Source: Mobula birostris (taxonomy: Eukaryota). From it: 45,698 bases of DNA. How positions within the stretch are numbered: the stretch's first letter is position 1; each line of letters begins with the position of its first letter. The translations under genes were made by a program, and so were the position numbers. The notes under the pieces are model-generated. The model was not told where the DNA came from. It worked only from the letters and a program-made list of their open reading frames with translations, and did no database searches. The stretch spans positions 1 to 45,698 of the forward strand of contig NW_027276046.1 in the NCBI RefSeq assembly GCF_030028105.1, in the 5' to 3' direction. Of the stretch, positions 1 to 10,029 are shown one piece after another.

Positions 1-854
1 ATCTCTGGTTCACTGAGGCACACAAGCCACGATACTCTTTGACAAGATTGTGGTCCTCTTGGGGGTAAAAAGAAGTTTCACTATTTTGACTGGTGCCATG
101 GTGGGGTTGTTGTGTCAGGTGGACATAAAAGGTTTGGAAAGTTCTCCACTATCTGTTCCGACATTGATCCCTCAACCAGTATCACACTGAAACAGGTTAA
201 AAAGATTTTGTGGGGAGAACTGCTGAGGGCTTGGCACTGAAATTCATGGTGCCAAGTCCCTGAAAGAGAAAATACCTTATAAGTGTAAATTCCACCCATT
301 TCCACCAGGAATCGCTGTTTAGCATTGATTCTTGTGGTGTGGGAGCAGTGAGAAGATTGTGTGGTAACTCTTTTTGTTGCTTCATACATTTTCCTGCAAA
401 GACAGTCTCAGCCTATGTCTCTAAGGAGAATATCTGTCCATTGACTGGTCTCTCAGTCCCTGTCTCCCGGGGGATATCTGTCCACTGACTGGTGTCTCTC
501 ATTCTCTCTCGCTGGGATTCTGTGTGTTTCAGTTTAAACAAACTGTTCATCGCTGAAATTGATGAATCGAACAGAGAGTGACCGATCTTTAATCCGGATC
601 TGGTCACTGCCGCTGACCTGCCGCCTGTTGCAGAGACAAACATCTTTTGGGGAATTGAAATCGCTGCTGTGGGTGGGGACAGGAAGCTGCGCCTCTGGTT
701 TCAGTGTGTGAGAGCCTGTTCAAACCGCGGCTCCCTCTCTCACTCACAGCCCACGTCCCTATCTAAACAGCGCTCACTGCGACTCCGGACAAAGCCGGCC
801 TGAGCTGAAGCCGCCGATCTCAAAGTGTCCAAGTCCGGCTCAGTGTTCAGGGCG

Positions 855-900
855 ATGGGGGTCGTGCCTTATTTCTGTCTTCCCTTGTCTTGTCTGGCAG
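855..900 (+). CDS. IgW: Ig heavy-chain leader exon (L1)
   Basis: ATG at 855; 46-nt exon [16 protein letters not shown] ending at a phase-1 donor G|GTGGGT. A 109-nt intron (901-1009) ends ttttttattgacAG, and the signal peptide is completed by GVRS in the V exon, the typical Ig leader architecture. Confidence 0.9.
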
Positions 901-1009
901 GTGGGTGTCCCGCCGCTTGTCGCTCAACCGGGACCGGCTGTTTCTCAGAGGCTTTGTGAACCCCTGACCGTGGAACATTTTATTAATTTCTGCTCTTTTT
1001 TATTGACAG

Positions 1010-1314
1010 GCGTGCGGTCCGCCGTCGTGCTGACACAGCCCGAGTCAGCTTGTGGTAAAGCCCGGACATTCTCACAGACTGACTGTGCGGTCAGTGGGTT
1101 CAGCCTCGGCAGCTATAGCATGGACTGGGTGAGACAGGTCTCCGGGAAAGGGCTGGAGTGGCTGGCAGACATATCGAGTGGTGGTAACAAGTACAACGCG
1201 CCTGGAGTCCAGAGCCGGTTCACTGTTTCCAAGGACAGCAGCACCGTCTATCTGCAAATGAACAACCTGAGACTGGACGACACGGCCACCTATTACTGTG
1301 CGAGAGGGTGGGAG
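1010..1314 (+). CDS. IgW: IgW-type VH exon with short D-like 3' extension
   Basis: Translates as [90 protein letters not shown]. Canonical Cys (1084-1086), WVRQ, LEW and YYCAR (Cys 1297-1299) are present. FR1 between 1051 and 1083 is out of its usual frame (see findings). Confidence 0.93.
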
Positions 1315-1342
1315 CACGGTGATGGGGAGCTGAACAGAAATT
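1315..1342 (+). other. Recombination signal sequence, 12-bp spacer
   Basis: Heptamer CACGGTG (1315-1321), 12-nt spacer ATGGGGAGCTGA, nonamer ACAGAAATT (1334-1342; consensus ACAAAAACC), immediately after the V coding end. Confidence 0.8.
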
Positions 1343-3797
1343 GGTCCCGACAAAGGAGTGTCTGCAGCGCAGTCTGTCTCCACGGATTCCGCATTGCTGC
1401 TTCCCAGAGTCAAATCCCTGAAGCCTTACTCGGACTGCTGGGCGCAAATGCCCATTTCTGGACAATTAAAAGCCCAAAAGGATTTGACTCTGATTCTGGG
1501 GGATGGCGGGAGCCGGTGTCCGCAGACAGGGAAATTGTGAAAATGCCTTTACTCACACGCCAACAAGAGACAAGGACAGAGTTTGGGATGGAAATCCTGG
1601 AAGCGGCTGCTCCCGGTCCGGACAGGGATCATGTTGATATTTAGAGAAAGTACATGAATCTCCCCGAACCGGCGGGTTTCTCTAGAGCACAGTAACAGTA
1701 CAAGGGTACACACCCCACCCACCAGTGCACTGTCCACAGACCGGGAACAGGCTCAGGGGAATGGGGTCGGATCTTGTCACCAGACTGTGCCTTGACACCG
1801 GCCGATTGTGCTGAGTGAGCTCAGTGTTTGGTTCAAGTCTGGCTTCTGATCCTCAGCACCGACTGAAGCCACGTTCAGGGGCTGAGCGTTTCAGTGCAGT
1901 TGAACTTGTTCCCTGTCAGTGACAACAATGGATCTGTTCGGTGTCAAATTACTGGGATTGGGTTTTACTGTCGGCTGCTTTCATGTTGAAGGTAATGGGA
2001 TTCAGACATAATCTGAGGGAACGGTGTACACATGTATGATCTGGTTGATGTCTCAATATCCCCAGGGTACAGGTGGGTGTCAGTCCCATCATGTAATGTC
2101 CGGCATGAGGTCCGTCCTGGGATACAGCAAAAGTATCGGCGATATCCCAGGATTAATTGATGGAATTGAGGTTTTAGTTTTATTCCCTGATGGGCGAGGA
2201 GGTGGGGTACTGTGGGGAAGATTTTTGGAGTTGGGAAGGCAGTGGGGAAGTGGTGCAGGAAAGGTAAGGCGGGGAACTGAAATCTCAATTCCTTCACACG
2301 TTCCGGGCAGCCTTGCATTGTTGGGTGGGGGAGTGGGGAGTGGTGCAGGTGGGGTGGGGAGGGAAGCGTTCAATTCAATAATGTGTAATAGGGGAGCATT
2401 TAAGGGAAGGTTTGTTGATGAAGGTTTGTGATCTGGGACACACTGCCTGAATGATGGTGATGGCCAATAGTGAGTGTGGAGAGGGAACAGGATGAGATCC
2501 GCCTTTTGTAGGGATACAGGGAAGAGCAGAGAGACCAATGGGTCTATTGGGTTTGCTCAGCTAAATGAAGCACAGAAACAATAGGATGAACGGCCTCACT
2601 CTCTGCTCTATCATTCAATGGAATCAGTATTTATCTTGTAAATCTGGGAAATTCTTCCTCAAAGGGATTCCAACAAGCACCCCAGAGTACACAGAGCATG
2701 AGTTAAATGCAGATCACAGCTCCCATGTCCTGTCCTGGCAGCCACGGATTAGATACAAAGATCCTTCTGCACTGTCCCATCCCTCCCAGGACAGGGGCAG
2801 CAGAGATTAGACACAGAGTGAAGCTTCCCCCAACCTGTCCCATCACACACTCACGGGACACGAGTTGAACTTTACTGTTCAAATGAACTGTTTATTCTTA
2901 GTTCACAGACAGAGCAACTCATCTAATTTCTTGTCCTCCTCCATCCCCCGACTGGGTTTGTTTAACAAGTGTTTTCCTACGTTAACCAGTGTTGCTGGTG
3001 ATTCAGTAAAAGTGGTTGTGAGATAAAGTGCTGACATTTACAGAGCACCTTTCATGGTGCCCCCGAGGTCTTCACAGGCAATGAAGTTGTTTCAAAGTAC
3101 AGCCCTGTTGTAGAGTCGGGAATGTGGAGCCACTCTGCATACAGCAGAATCCACAAACTGCAAGGCGAGAACGATCAGACAGTCTGTTCTGGTGATGTTA
3201 TTGAAGGAGAAATATTGTCCAGGACACCGTGGACACAGTGATCCAATGGACAGGCACAAGGTTGGATTTGGAGTGATTGGAAACAGGACAGTACATCAAA
3301 GCAAATGAGTAGTGCAGAGGGATGGATGAACAGTCCACGGATACCACCATAACAAAATTGACAAATTTATACTCAGTTCATAATACAGATTTGGATCTGT
3401 GGTCGGATTTCCAAGATTTTAATAATTGGTATTGTTTTTAAATCCAATCATTGGTAATGATGACCCTTCAGTTTTACTGATGTCCCTCAGGGAAGGAGAT
3501 CTGTCATCCTGACCCTTCGAGCCTATTTATGACTCCTGATCCATCAATGTGTTTGTCTCCAAATGCCCTCTGAATAGCAGCTCAGATGCGTAATTCATTC
3601 AGACTTTACCGGCAAAGCCCAGATCCCAAAGGATGAATAAATAAAACTGCCCACCTTTCGTTCATACTACCCGATATTCTATCCACTTAGTACAATACAG
3701 ACTAAAATCAGACTGAGTCTCCCCCAATCTGCTGATTCTGGGCAATCATTTCGTACAAATTCCCAAGTGTTATTTCATTGCAAATTTCTTCTGAGCT

Positions 3798-4097
3798 GAT
3801 CCACCCAGATCCAGTTCCCCTCTTCACCCCAGCACCCTGTGATCCACCCAGATCCAGTTCTCCTCTTCACCCCAGCACCCTGTGACCCATCCAGATCCAG
3901 TTCCCCTCTTCACCCCAGTACCCTGTGATCCACCCAGATCCAGTTCCCCTCTTCACCCCAGCACCCTGTGACACACCCAGATCCAGTTCCCCTCTTCACC
4001 CCAGCACCCTGTGACCCACTCAGATCCAGTTCCCCTCTTCACCCCCGCACCCTGTGACCCACCCAGATCCAGTTCCTCTCTTCACCCCAGCACCCTG
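3798..4097. repeat. 43-bp minisatellite, about 7 copies
   Basis: Unit GATCCACCCAGATCCAGTTCCCCTCTTCACCCCAGCACCCTGT starts at 3798, 3841, 3884, 3927, 3970, 4013 and 4056 with few substitutions. Confidence 0.97.
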
Positions 4098-7000
4098 CAG
4101 TCAGTTCGTTGGGTGTTTTTACAAAGACCCAGAGGAACACTGATCCAGACAGAACTGTACTTACCACCTGCTGGTCCCGGGATGTAAAAGATCCTCAGCT
4201 GCAAATCTCACCGACTGACATTATTGTGCCTCCTGCACTGCCGACACTGAGCAGCTCAGGGACCATCTGTGGGTGAGAAGCAGAGTGAATGTTTCACATC
4301 AGTGACCTTTCACCAGACTCCGTCAGTCTGATTTCTGGCAACTACGCTGTTTCCAGTGTTATTTTACAGAATTTATTTTCAAGAAAACAATCTGTTTTTC
4401 ATTGACTTCTACAACCCCAGAACATCCCAGAGCCTTTTCCAACCCAGCAAGTACTTCTGCAGTGTGTCACTTCATGTGGGGGACTAAACCTCCAACTTGT
4501 CTGCATCTTGTTCCCACAAACTGAACTACGACATGACAATCTCGTCCGTTTGGGTGATGTTGGAAGGGAATGGTCACTTTCAGCCTACAATTCCTAAAGC
4601 TCCCCACCACTGAGAAGTCCTCAGCTGAATTCTGACTATGCAGTAGATGAATAGACAAACACTAGTTAGTTATAGGCCATCCATATGGTCCCTAGTCTTT
4701 GGTCCAGCAATTCCCCTGCTGTCAGGGGTTGACACTGATAAAGAGCAGTAAGGCTCCTCAGACTACAGCTGACCAGCCCTTTCCTGAGGTACTGTCTACC
4801 TGGGAAGCTGAGGATAGTGTGGGTGAAATGGTGCTGGTTGTGCCTGGCAGTCTGAAGGAGACAACTAGTGTTCAGTCACTTACACTGGAGTCAATCTCAC
4901 AGTTCCACAGACCACTGTAACCCAGGATTTACTGAGTGACATATGCCTCCAGAGCAGTGACCACACACTACCACATGGCACCAGGTCCTGCTGGAATTCC
5001 CAGGGTAACACTGGGAAATCCACCTCCACGTTTCCCTCACAGGCCGGACCTGACAAAGGATCACATTTTCCATTCATCTGACTGGGGATTCTGGGCCTTG
5101 GGAAGGGATTTATCCAGGAATGATTTCTGTCTGATTATTATGTTTTAATGCATTTCAGATTTATTATTTTAAACAAAATATGCAAAGTTAATTGTTGCCA
5201 CAGGAATTTACATTAACTTTAATGTTTCCAAGTCATTTTGAACCTGTTAAATTACATGACAGCATTAACACAAGACAAAGCCCTCCCATCAGGGTGTTCT
5301 GGACCCAGAGTCCCAGCAGGGTGTTGTCTGAGGCTATTTAATGCTGAGGCCCTGATACACCTCAACACAAGCCGCCAGCATCCAGAAACCCAGTGAGGTC
5401 CCACCTTTCCCAGTGTTAGGAGTGTGGGGAGAGTCCCAGTAGGTTTGAACCAGCACCATTCAGCCCGGTCTGTGTGGACATGGTCCGGCTGGCACCGTGC
5501 CCTGTGCTTTCTCTCCTGTGACACTTCAATCACAGCACAGGTCAGCTTGTCCCACTGTTTGACAGAAGTTGTGTCCCCGATGGGGAGTCTGACGTCAGCA
5601 TTTCACTGGTTGTTTCAGGCCCAGTCTGAAAGGAATGAGAAAGGGACCATTTCTCTGCTCTGCCTGTCCTGTCAACCTGAATCACCTGTGTTTACTCAGG
5701 AAGGCAAATATTCTGAGTTCACAGTCCCCAGTGTCACCTTGAAATGGTTCAAAACAATGCAGCTGTCATTACTGACCAGTTACATTATATCGATTCCTAT
5801 CTACTTGAGATAGTTATTGATTTATATTCATTCTATTTGAAACCCAGGTTTCAATATTTTATGCCTTTTGTCCCAGAGTGATGACTGTGAAGTGAATATT
5901 TCATTATTTTGCCCCTGAATGAAATTGTGACCTTCCCACCACTGCACTTCCACTCCAAATGTTGAATTTGCTGCCCTTCCAATAGCAGAATCAATCTGAA
6001 GCCTGTGTGTGTCTGTTGACCATCTTACTGTTGGGCAACAAAGCCCTCATCTACTGCAATTCACACTGTCTAACACATACCCTCCCGCTAGTCTCCTACT
6101 CCCAGAGCTCCTGCTGTGTCCACACAGTCTTTTTGGGTGATTTTAACCTCATCCACCAGCAACAATCTGTCATTGACAGTGTCAATCATGAGGTGAATGA
6201 TGTCACGTCAGTGGGTCAGAACAAACCCCGTCCACAACACTGTTCAAGGTAATTCTGACAACTGGTCAAACCACATATCCACCTGTCAAAGCTGTCAATT
6301 GGTCAATTAGCTAATTGATCTTCGCACCTTTACCTACCTTAGTAAGTCAACACGTCTCCTTTTCCTGTGAAATGAATTAAGAAACAGTGCTTTCAAGTGT
6401 ATTTCACACCTTAAGTGGTTGGGAATTGCTACAACCTGCATTTCCTCTCTGGGCTGGTCGTTCAGTGAGAATATCACCTACATCTAACAACACTTTGAGA
6501 ATTCTCCATCTCCCCAGGAATCTCATCGTCACTGTCGGTTGTGTTGGCCGACACTTCTCCACAGAGTCTGGGCTAATGTATTTCCACAGTTCCTCTGTCC
6601 TTTCTGATGCAAGTTACCATTCCCTCCCAGTTAGCCAGTAGTTTCCACAGACTCAGTGGGGTTGGAATTCTTGCTCAGTCACACACGGTAAATATGTGAG
6701 GCAGTGTCAGCTGCATCATGTAGTCTGTTGAGTTGAATTTCAGAAGCAGAGTCCATTTCCCAACCTCCACTATACTGCACACATGGTGCTGGAGACTGGG
6801 TACCACTATATCCACACCAATCACTCCTCTCATCAACAGCAACACTGAACACATCAGAATTATTCCATAAGATACTTCTAAATCTTACTTTTTTTGTAAA
6901 CTTCATTGATCAAGTGCTAACAGACTTCTCAGAATCAGGAATTGTATTTGGAGGAGAGACAGATTGTCACTTTGGTATTTTGGCTGAAATTCCACCAATC

Positions 7001-7249
7001 GGACATTGGGTCACTGCCTCAGTCCTGCACTGAAGTGTTGGCCTGGATTGTGAGTCCAAGTTGCCACTGTGGGATTGATCCACACCCTCCTACCTCAGCG
7101 ACACAGACTCACAGCTGAGTGTTAAAGTGATATCAGCTTTGTTTCATGAGGTGAATAATTTTGAAAATTACTGCTTTATAAAACGTCTCCTTTCTCTGCC
7201 AGTAATGCATTTATTCAGAGAACCGCCTGTGAATTTCTTTCCATTTCAG

Positions 7250-7831
7250 AGGTCAAGTCTGCACCATCAGTCTACATCACTCCTTCCTGCAACACAGAAT
7301 CTGACCAAGGCATCAGCCTCCTCTGTCTGGTCAAGGACTATCAGCCTGAGAGCATCAGTCAGACATGGTCCACTAACAGTGGGGACATCACCACTGGAAT
7401 TAAGAAATTCCAGGCCGGCTGGTGGCGCAGTGAGATCAGCACCAGATTCTGGAGCGAATGTTCCCGAGTTCAAATCCTGGTTAGGCCACTCCCTAGCACG
7501 CTTTCCCCACTCCCGAGCACACTGTCCATCCGTGCCCGGTTGAGTGTCGAGATAGCCACTTGGCCTCGTAAGAAATATATAAGGGTCAAGTCAGGAACGT
7601 TCATAACATGACCCGGTTAATCCTGACACCACGTGCCAGACAAGAATGGCTGAACGTCTGGTATGACATGCTAAAAAAAAAATAAGAAATACCCGGCGGT
7701 GTTGGGGCAAAATTCTAAGTACATAATGAGCAGCTTGCTTGAAGTCTCTGCGGCGGACTAGAAGAAGAATAAAGTCTACTCCTGCAAGGCAGGGAGTGTG
7801 ACATCGCAGTGGCAGAAACCTCAACCTCAAT
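7250..7831 (+). pseudogene. IgW: IgW CH1 exon, disrupted by a SINE insertion and a nonsense codon
   Basis: Acceptor ccatttcAG at 7248-7249. The 5' half reads EVKSAPSVYITPSCNTESDQGISLLCLVKDYQPESISQTWSTNSGDITTGIKK. After a 282-nt insert it resumes KYPAVLGQNSKYIMSSLLEVSAAD*KKNKVYSCKAGSVTSQWQKPQPQ, with TAG at 7759-7761 where Trp is expected. Phase-1 donor T|GTTAGT at 7831/7832. Without the insert the exon is 300 nt. Confidence 0.93.
7412..7682 (+). mobile_element. tRNA-derived SINE inside CH1
   Basis: A-box-like TGGCGCAGTGAG and B-box GTTCAAATCC; A10 tail at 7673-7682; target-site duplication TAAGAAAT(T/A)CC at 7401-7411 and 7683-7693. Confidence 0.88.
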
Positions 7832-8703
7832 GTTAGTATCAGAACTAATTTATATCGAAAGCTGCACTGATGTCAGAGCATAAATCTGGAGTAGGAAGCT
7901 TTGTCAGATAATGCAGGAGCATGGCAACTAACTCCTTTATTCTGCTCTTACAACAGCAGTGAGAAAATGTATAACAGTCAATATGGGCAGTGAAACTCAG
8001 TATCAGGATCTGCCTCCATTGTATCCGCTCCATTGTCTAATTTCAGGAGCCTCTCCACCACCCACTCCCACTAAACCCTCCCTACAGATCAGCTCCTGTA
8101 CACATACAGAGACCGCTGGCCCATCATGCCCCTGCACACAGAACAACAATTTAAACTTTACCCCACTCCTCCGCACTTTCCCCCTCCACCCTGCAGCTGC
8201 CCTTCTTCTGGTAAAAGCAATCCCTTGTGAATGTGATGGGGGAATCCACTCCACTGCCCTTCTTTAACCAGCTTCTCACAGATCTGAACAAGCCTTTGCA
8301 GTAACAAAAAAAAAAATTTCCTCCTGTCCATCTGTTCTTCTTTCTCATTGAAAGTAAAATTGTGTTTCCCAAACTTGCCAGTGGAAACAGTCCCACACCA
8401 TGTACTCCTGCTCACAGGAGCTGGTATCAGTCATTCTCCAGTAAACAATTAGATATGGCAGGTCTGCACCTCAACCCCATGACCCACCTCTCCGCATTAT
8501 CATAGCACAGTGGGACACACTGCTGGGAGGCCCAAGTTATACACCCAGCCCTCCCACTCACTGGTGTGAGCCATCAGATCATCAGATCAGCTGTAAATTA
8601 ACAACATTCTTGAGAGGGCTGGAATTGGGGAACTTGCCTGGGATGAGGGAGAATGAAGTCAAAAACATGGGCAAAGCAATCATGTACTGACAGATATTAA
8701 ATG

Positions 8704-8788
8704 TGTTACAGCTCCGACGCTCAGCCCCCCTGTTACAACTCCGAAGCGCAACTCCCCTGTTACAGCTCCGAAGCTCAGCTCCCTTGTT
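8704..8788 (+). repeat. 27-bp tandem triplication spanning the CH2 splice acceptor
   Basis: TGTTACA(G/A)CTCCGA.GC.CA.C.CCC. units start at 8704, 8731 and 8758, with a partial fourth TGTT at 8785. AG acceptors are retained at 8710-8711 and 8764-8765. Confidence 0.9.
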
Positions 8789-9065
8789 CCATCCCGGGAG
8801 GCAATCCACGGGCAAGCAAATGTTGTCCTGGGCTGTGTGATATCTGGATTCGCTCCTGACAACGTTAAAGTATCCTGGAAAAAAGCTGGATCTGCCCAAA
8901 AAGGCATCATTCTCCCTTCCACTCCGAGATCTGATGGTGGATTTGAAACAATCGCTTACCTGACAGTGCCTGTGCAGGAATGGACCAAGAAACAGAAATA
9001 TATTTGTGAAGTGAATCACGCACCTTCCAGTTTCAGTGGTCAGGTCAACATGACGTATCAAGAGG
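8712..9065 (+). CDS. IgW: IgW CH2 exon (start 8712 or 8766 depending on acceptor)
   Basis: From 8766, a 300-nt open frame APKLSSLVPSREAIHGQANVVLGCVISGFAPDNVKVSWKKAG...LTVPVQEWTKKQKYICEVNHAPSSFSGQVNMTYQE with C1-set Cys/Trp/Cys; donor G|GTGAGT at 9065/9066. Confidence 0.93.
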
Positions 9066-9748
9066 GTGAGTGATGTCTGAAGAAAAATTAATTATCTTAC
9101 AATACTAAACTACTTAACTGATACTCCCACCCAATTCCTGTCCCTACTGTCGATCTTGTTGAGTGATGTACAGATGAGTCTTGCACTTTGAATCAACTCA
9201 TATCACCAGCAGCTTTAACCCCATCTACTGGGCAGGAAAGGTGTAAGATCAGGTCACCTGTCCATTCCGTCTCAATAATTTTAGTTGTCTATGTTTGTAG
9301 TTATAATGAAAATAATTTAGTGAGCAAAGCTCACGTCCCATGTTTTACCTTCTAGAGAAAATCTCCCTGTTCCCTTTTCACTGTCTTCTCAGTGTTAGTT
9401 CCTCAAAAAAATATCTCTGCAATTTTGCATTTGTTTCAGTCTCCAGAGTCTATTTCCAGTGTTTCCTGAGAGACTCTTCTGTCGATTGTCCACTCACTGA
9501 AATGTAGGTGGCGGGATTAATTTTGAATTGATGCCCAATCCTCAAGTGAATGTTGTGACCTTGTGTCCTCAGATCCTTGACCAGGTTCAGAGAGCACATT
9601 CATTTATCATGGCTGACAAAACCTCATCCTGATAGGATGTGACATACAAAGGATACAGAGTGGGAATATGTGGGGCTCCCTTTTTTCCAAGCATGGGAAA
9701 AAAGGTAAAAATATCTAACACTTAAATCTATGAATCTTCCATTTCCAG

Positions 9749-9879
9749 GTGGAAAATGTCCCAGCTGTTTTTCGGAGCCTGTGCCAAAGTTCTTTTACCA
9801 GAGTAATCTCAATGCAACATTCTCCGATGGTTCTACCCAACAGTATCATTGTTCAGCAGGAAAGTGTGAAATAAAGTGA
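9749..9879 (+). CDS. IgW: IgW short-form secretory tail exon
   Basis: Acceptor atttccAG at 9747-9748; phase-1 frame GGKCPSCFSEPVPKFFYQSNLNATFSDGSTQQYHCSAGKCEIK-stop (TGA 9877-9879). A Cys-rich tail ending in CEIK is what I recall for short IgW/IgX secretory forms. Confidence 0.85.
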
Positions 9880-9981
9880 TTGGCTGTGTATACAATTCAT
9901 CAATGAATTTTATTGCTATCCACTTACTGGATTCTAGACCTGCCTCTGGTATCCATTGGGATTGAAGTTTAACAGAGAGAG

Positions 9982-9987
9982 AATAAA
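9982..9987 (+). terminator. Candidate poly(A) signal for short secretory IgW
   Basis: AATAAA about 100 nt after the secretory stop codon; a second AATAAA overlaps the last codons at 9870-9875. Confidence 0.6.
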
Positions 9988-10029
9988 ACACGATTGAAAC
10001 TGACTACCTCTCCAATCACATTTCTATTA

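Noticed and set aside
430-501. Short direct repeat ATATCTGTCCA.TGACTGG
   Set aside because: Only two copies 44 bp apart, with no evident function.
600-854. VH promoter with octamer
   Set aside because: No ATGCAAAT/ATTTGCAT or clear TATA box is visible. Octamer absence is normal for chondrichthyan IgH, so no specific element could be supported.
1306-1314. GG|GTGGGA as a splice donor letting V join a C exon without J
   Set aside because: It would be phase 2, whereas all C exons are phase 1.
901-1644. 247-aa ORF as a single-exon V-containing protein
   Set aside because: It starts inside the leader intron and runs through the RSS into intergenic sequence; the real structure is leader plus V exon.
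1676-1730. CACAGTA and GGTTTCTCT as D-segment RSSs
   Set aside because: Spacing and nonamers do not form a valid paired-RSS D segment.
3234-3272. Perfect heptamer CACAGTG
   Set aside because: No nonamer at 12- or 23-bp spacing and no adjacent coding segment.
4160-4260. Strong donor GTAAGT on the minus strand suggesting an antisense gene
   Set aside because: No open frame or partner exons could be supported.
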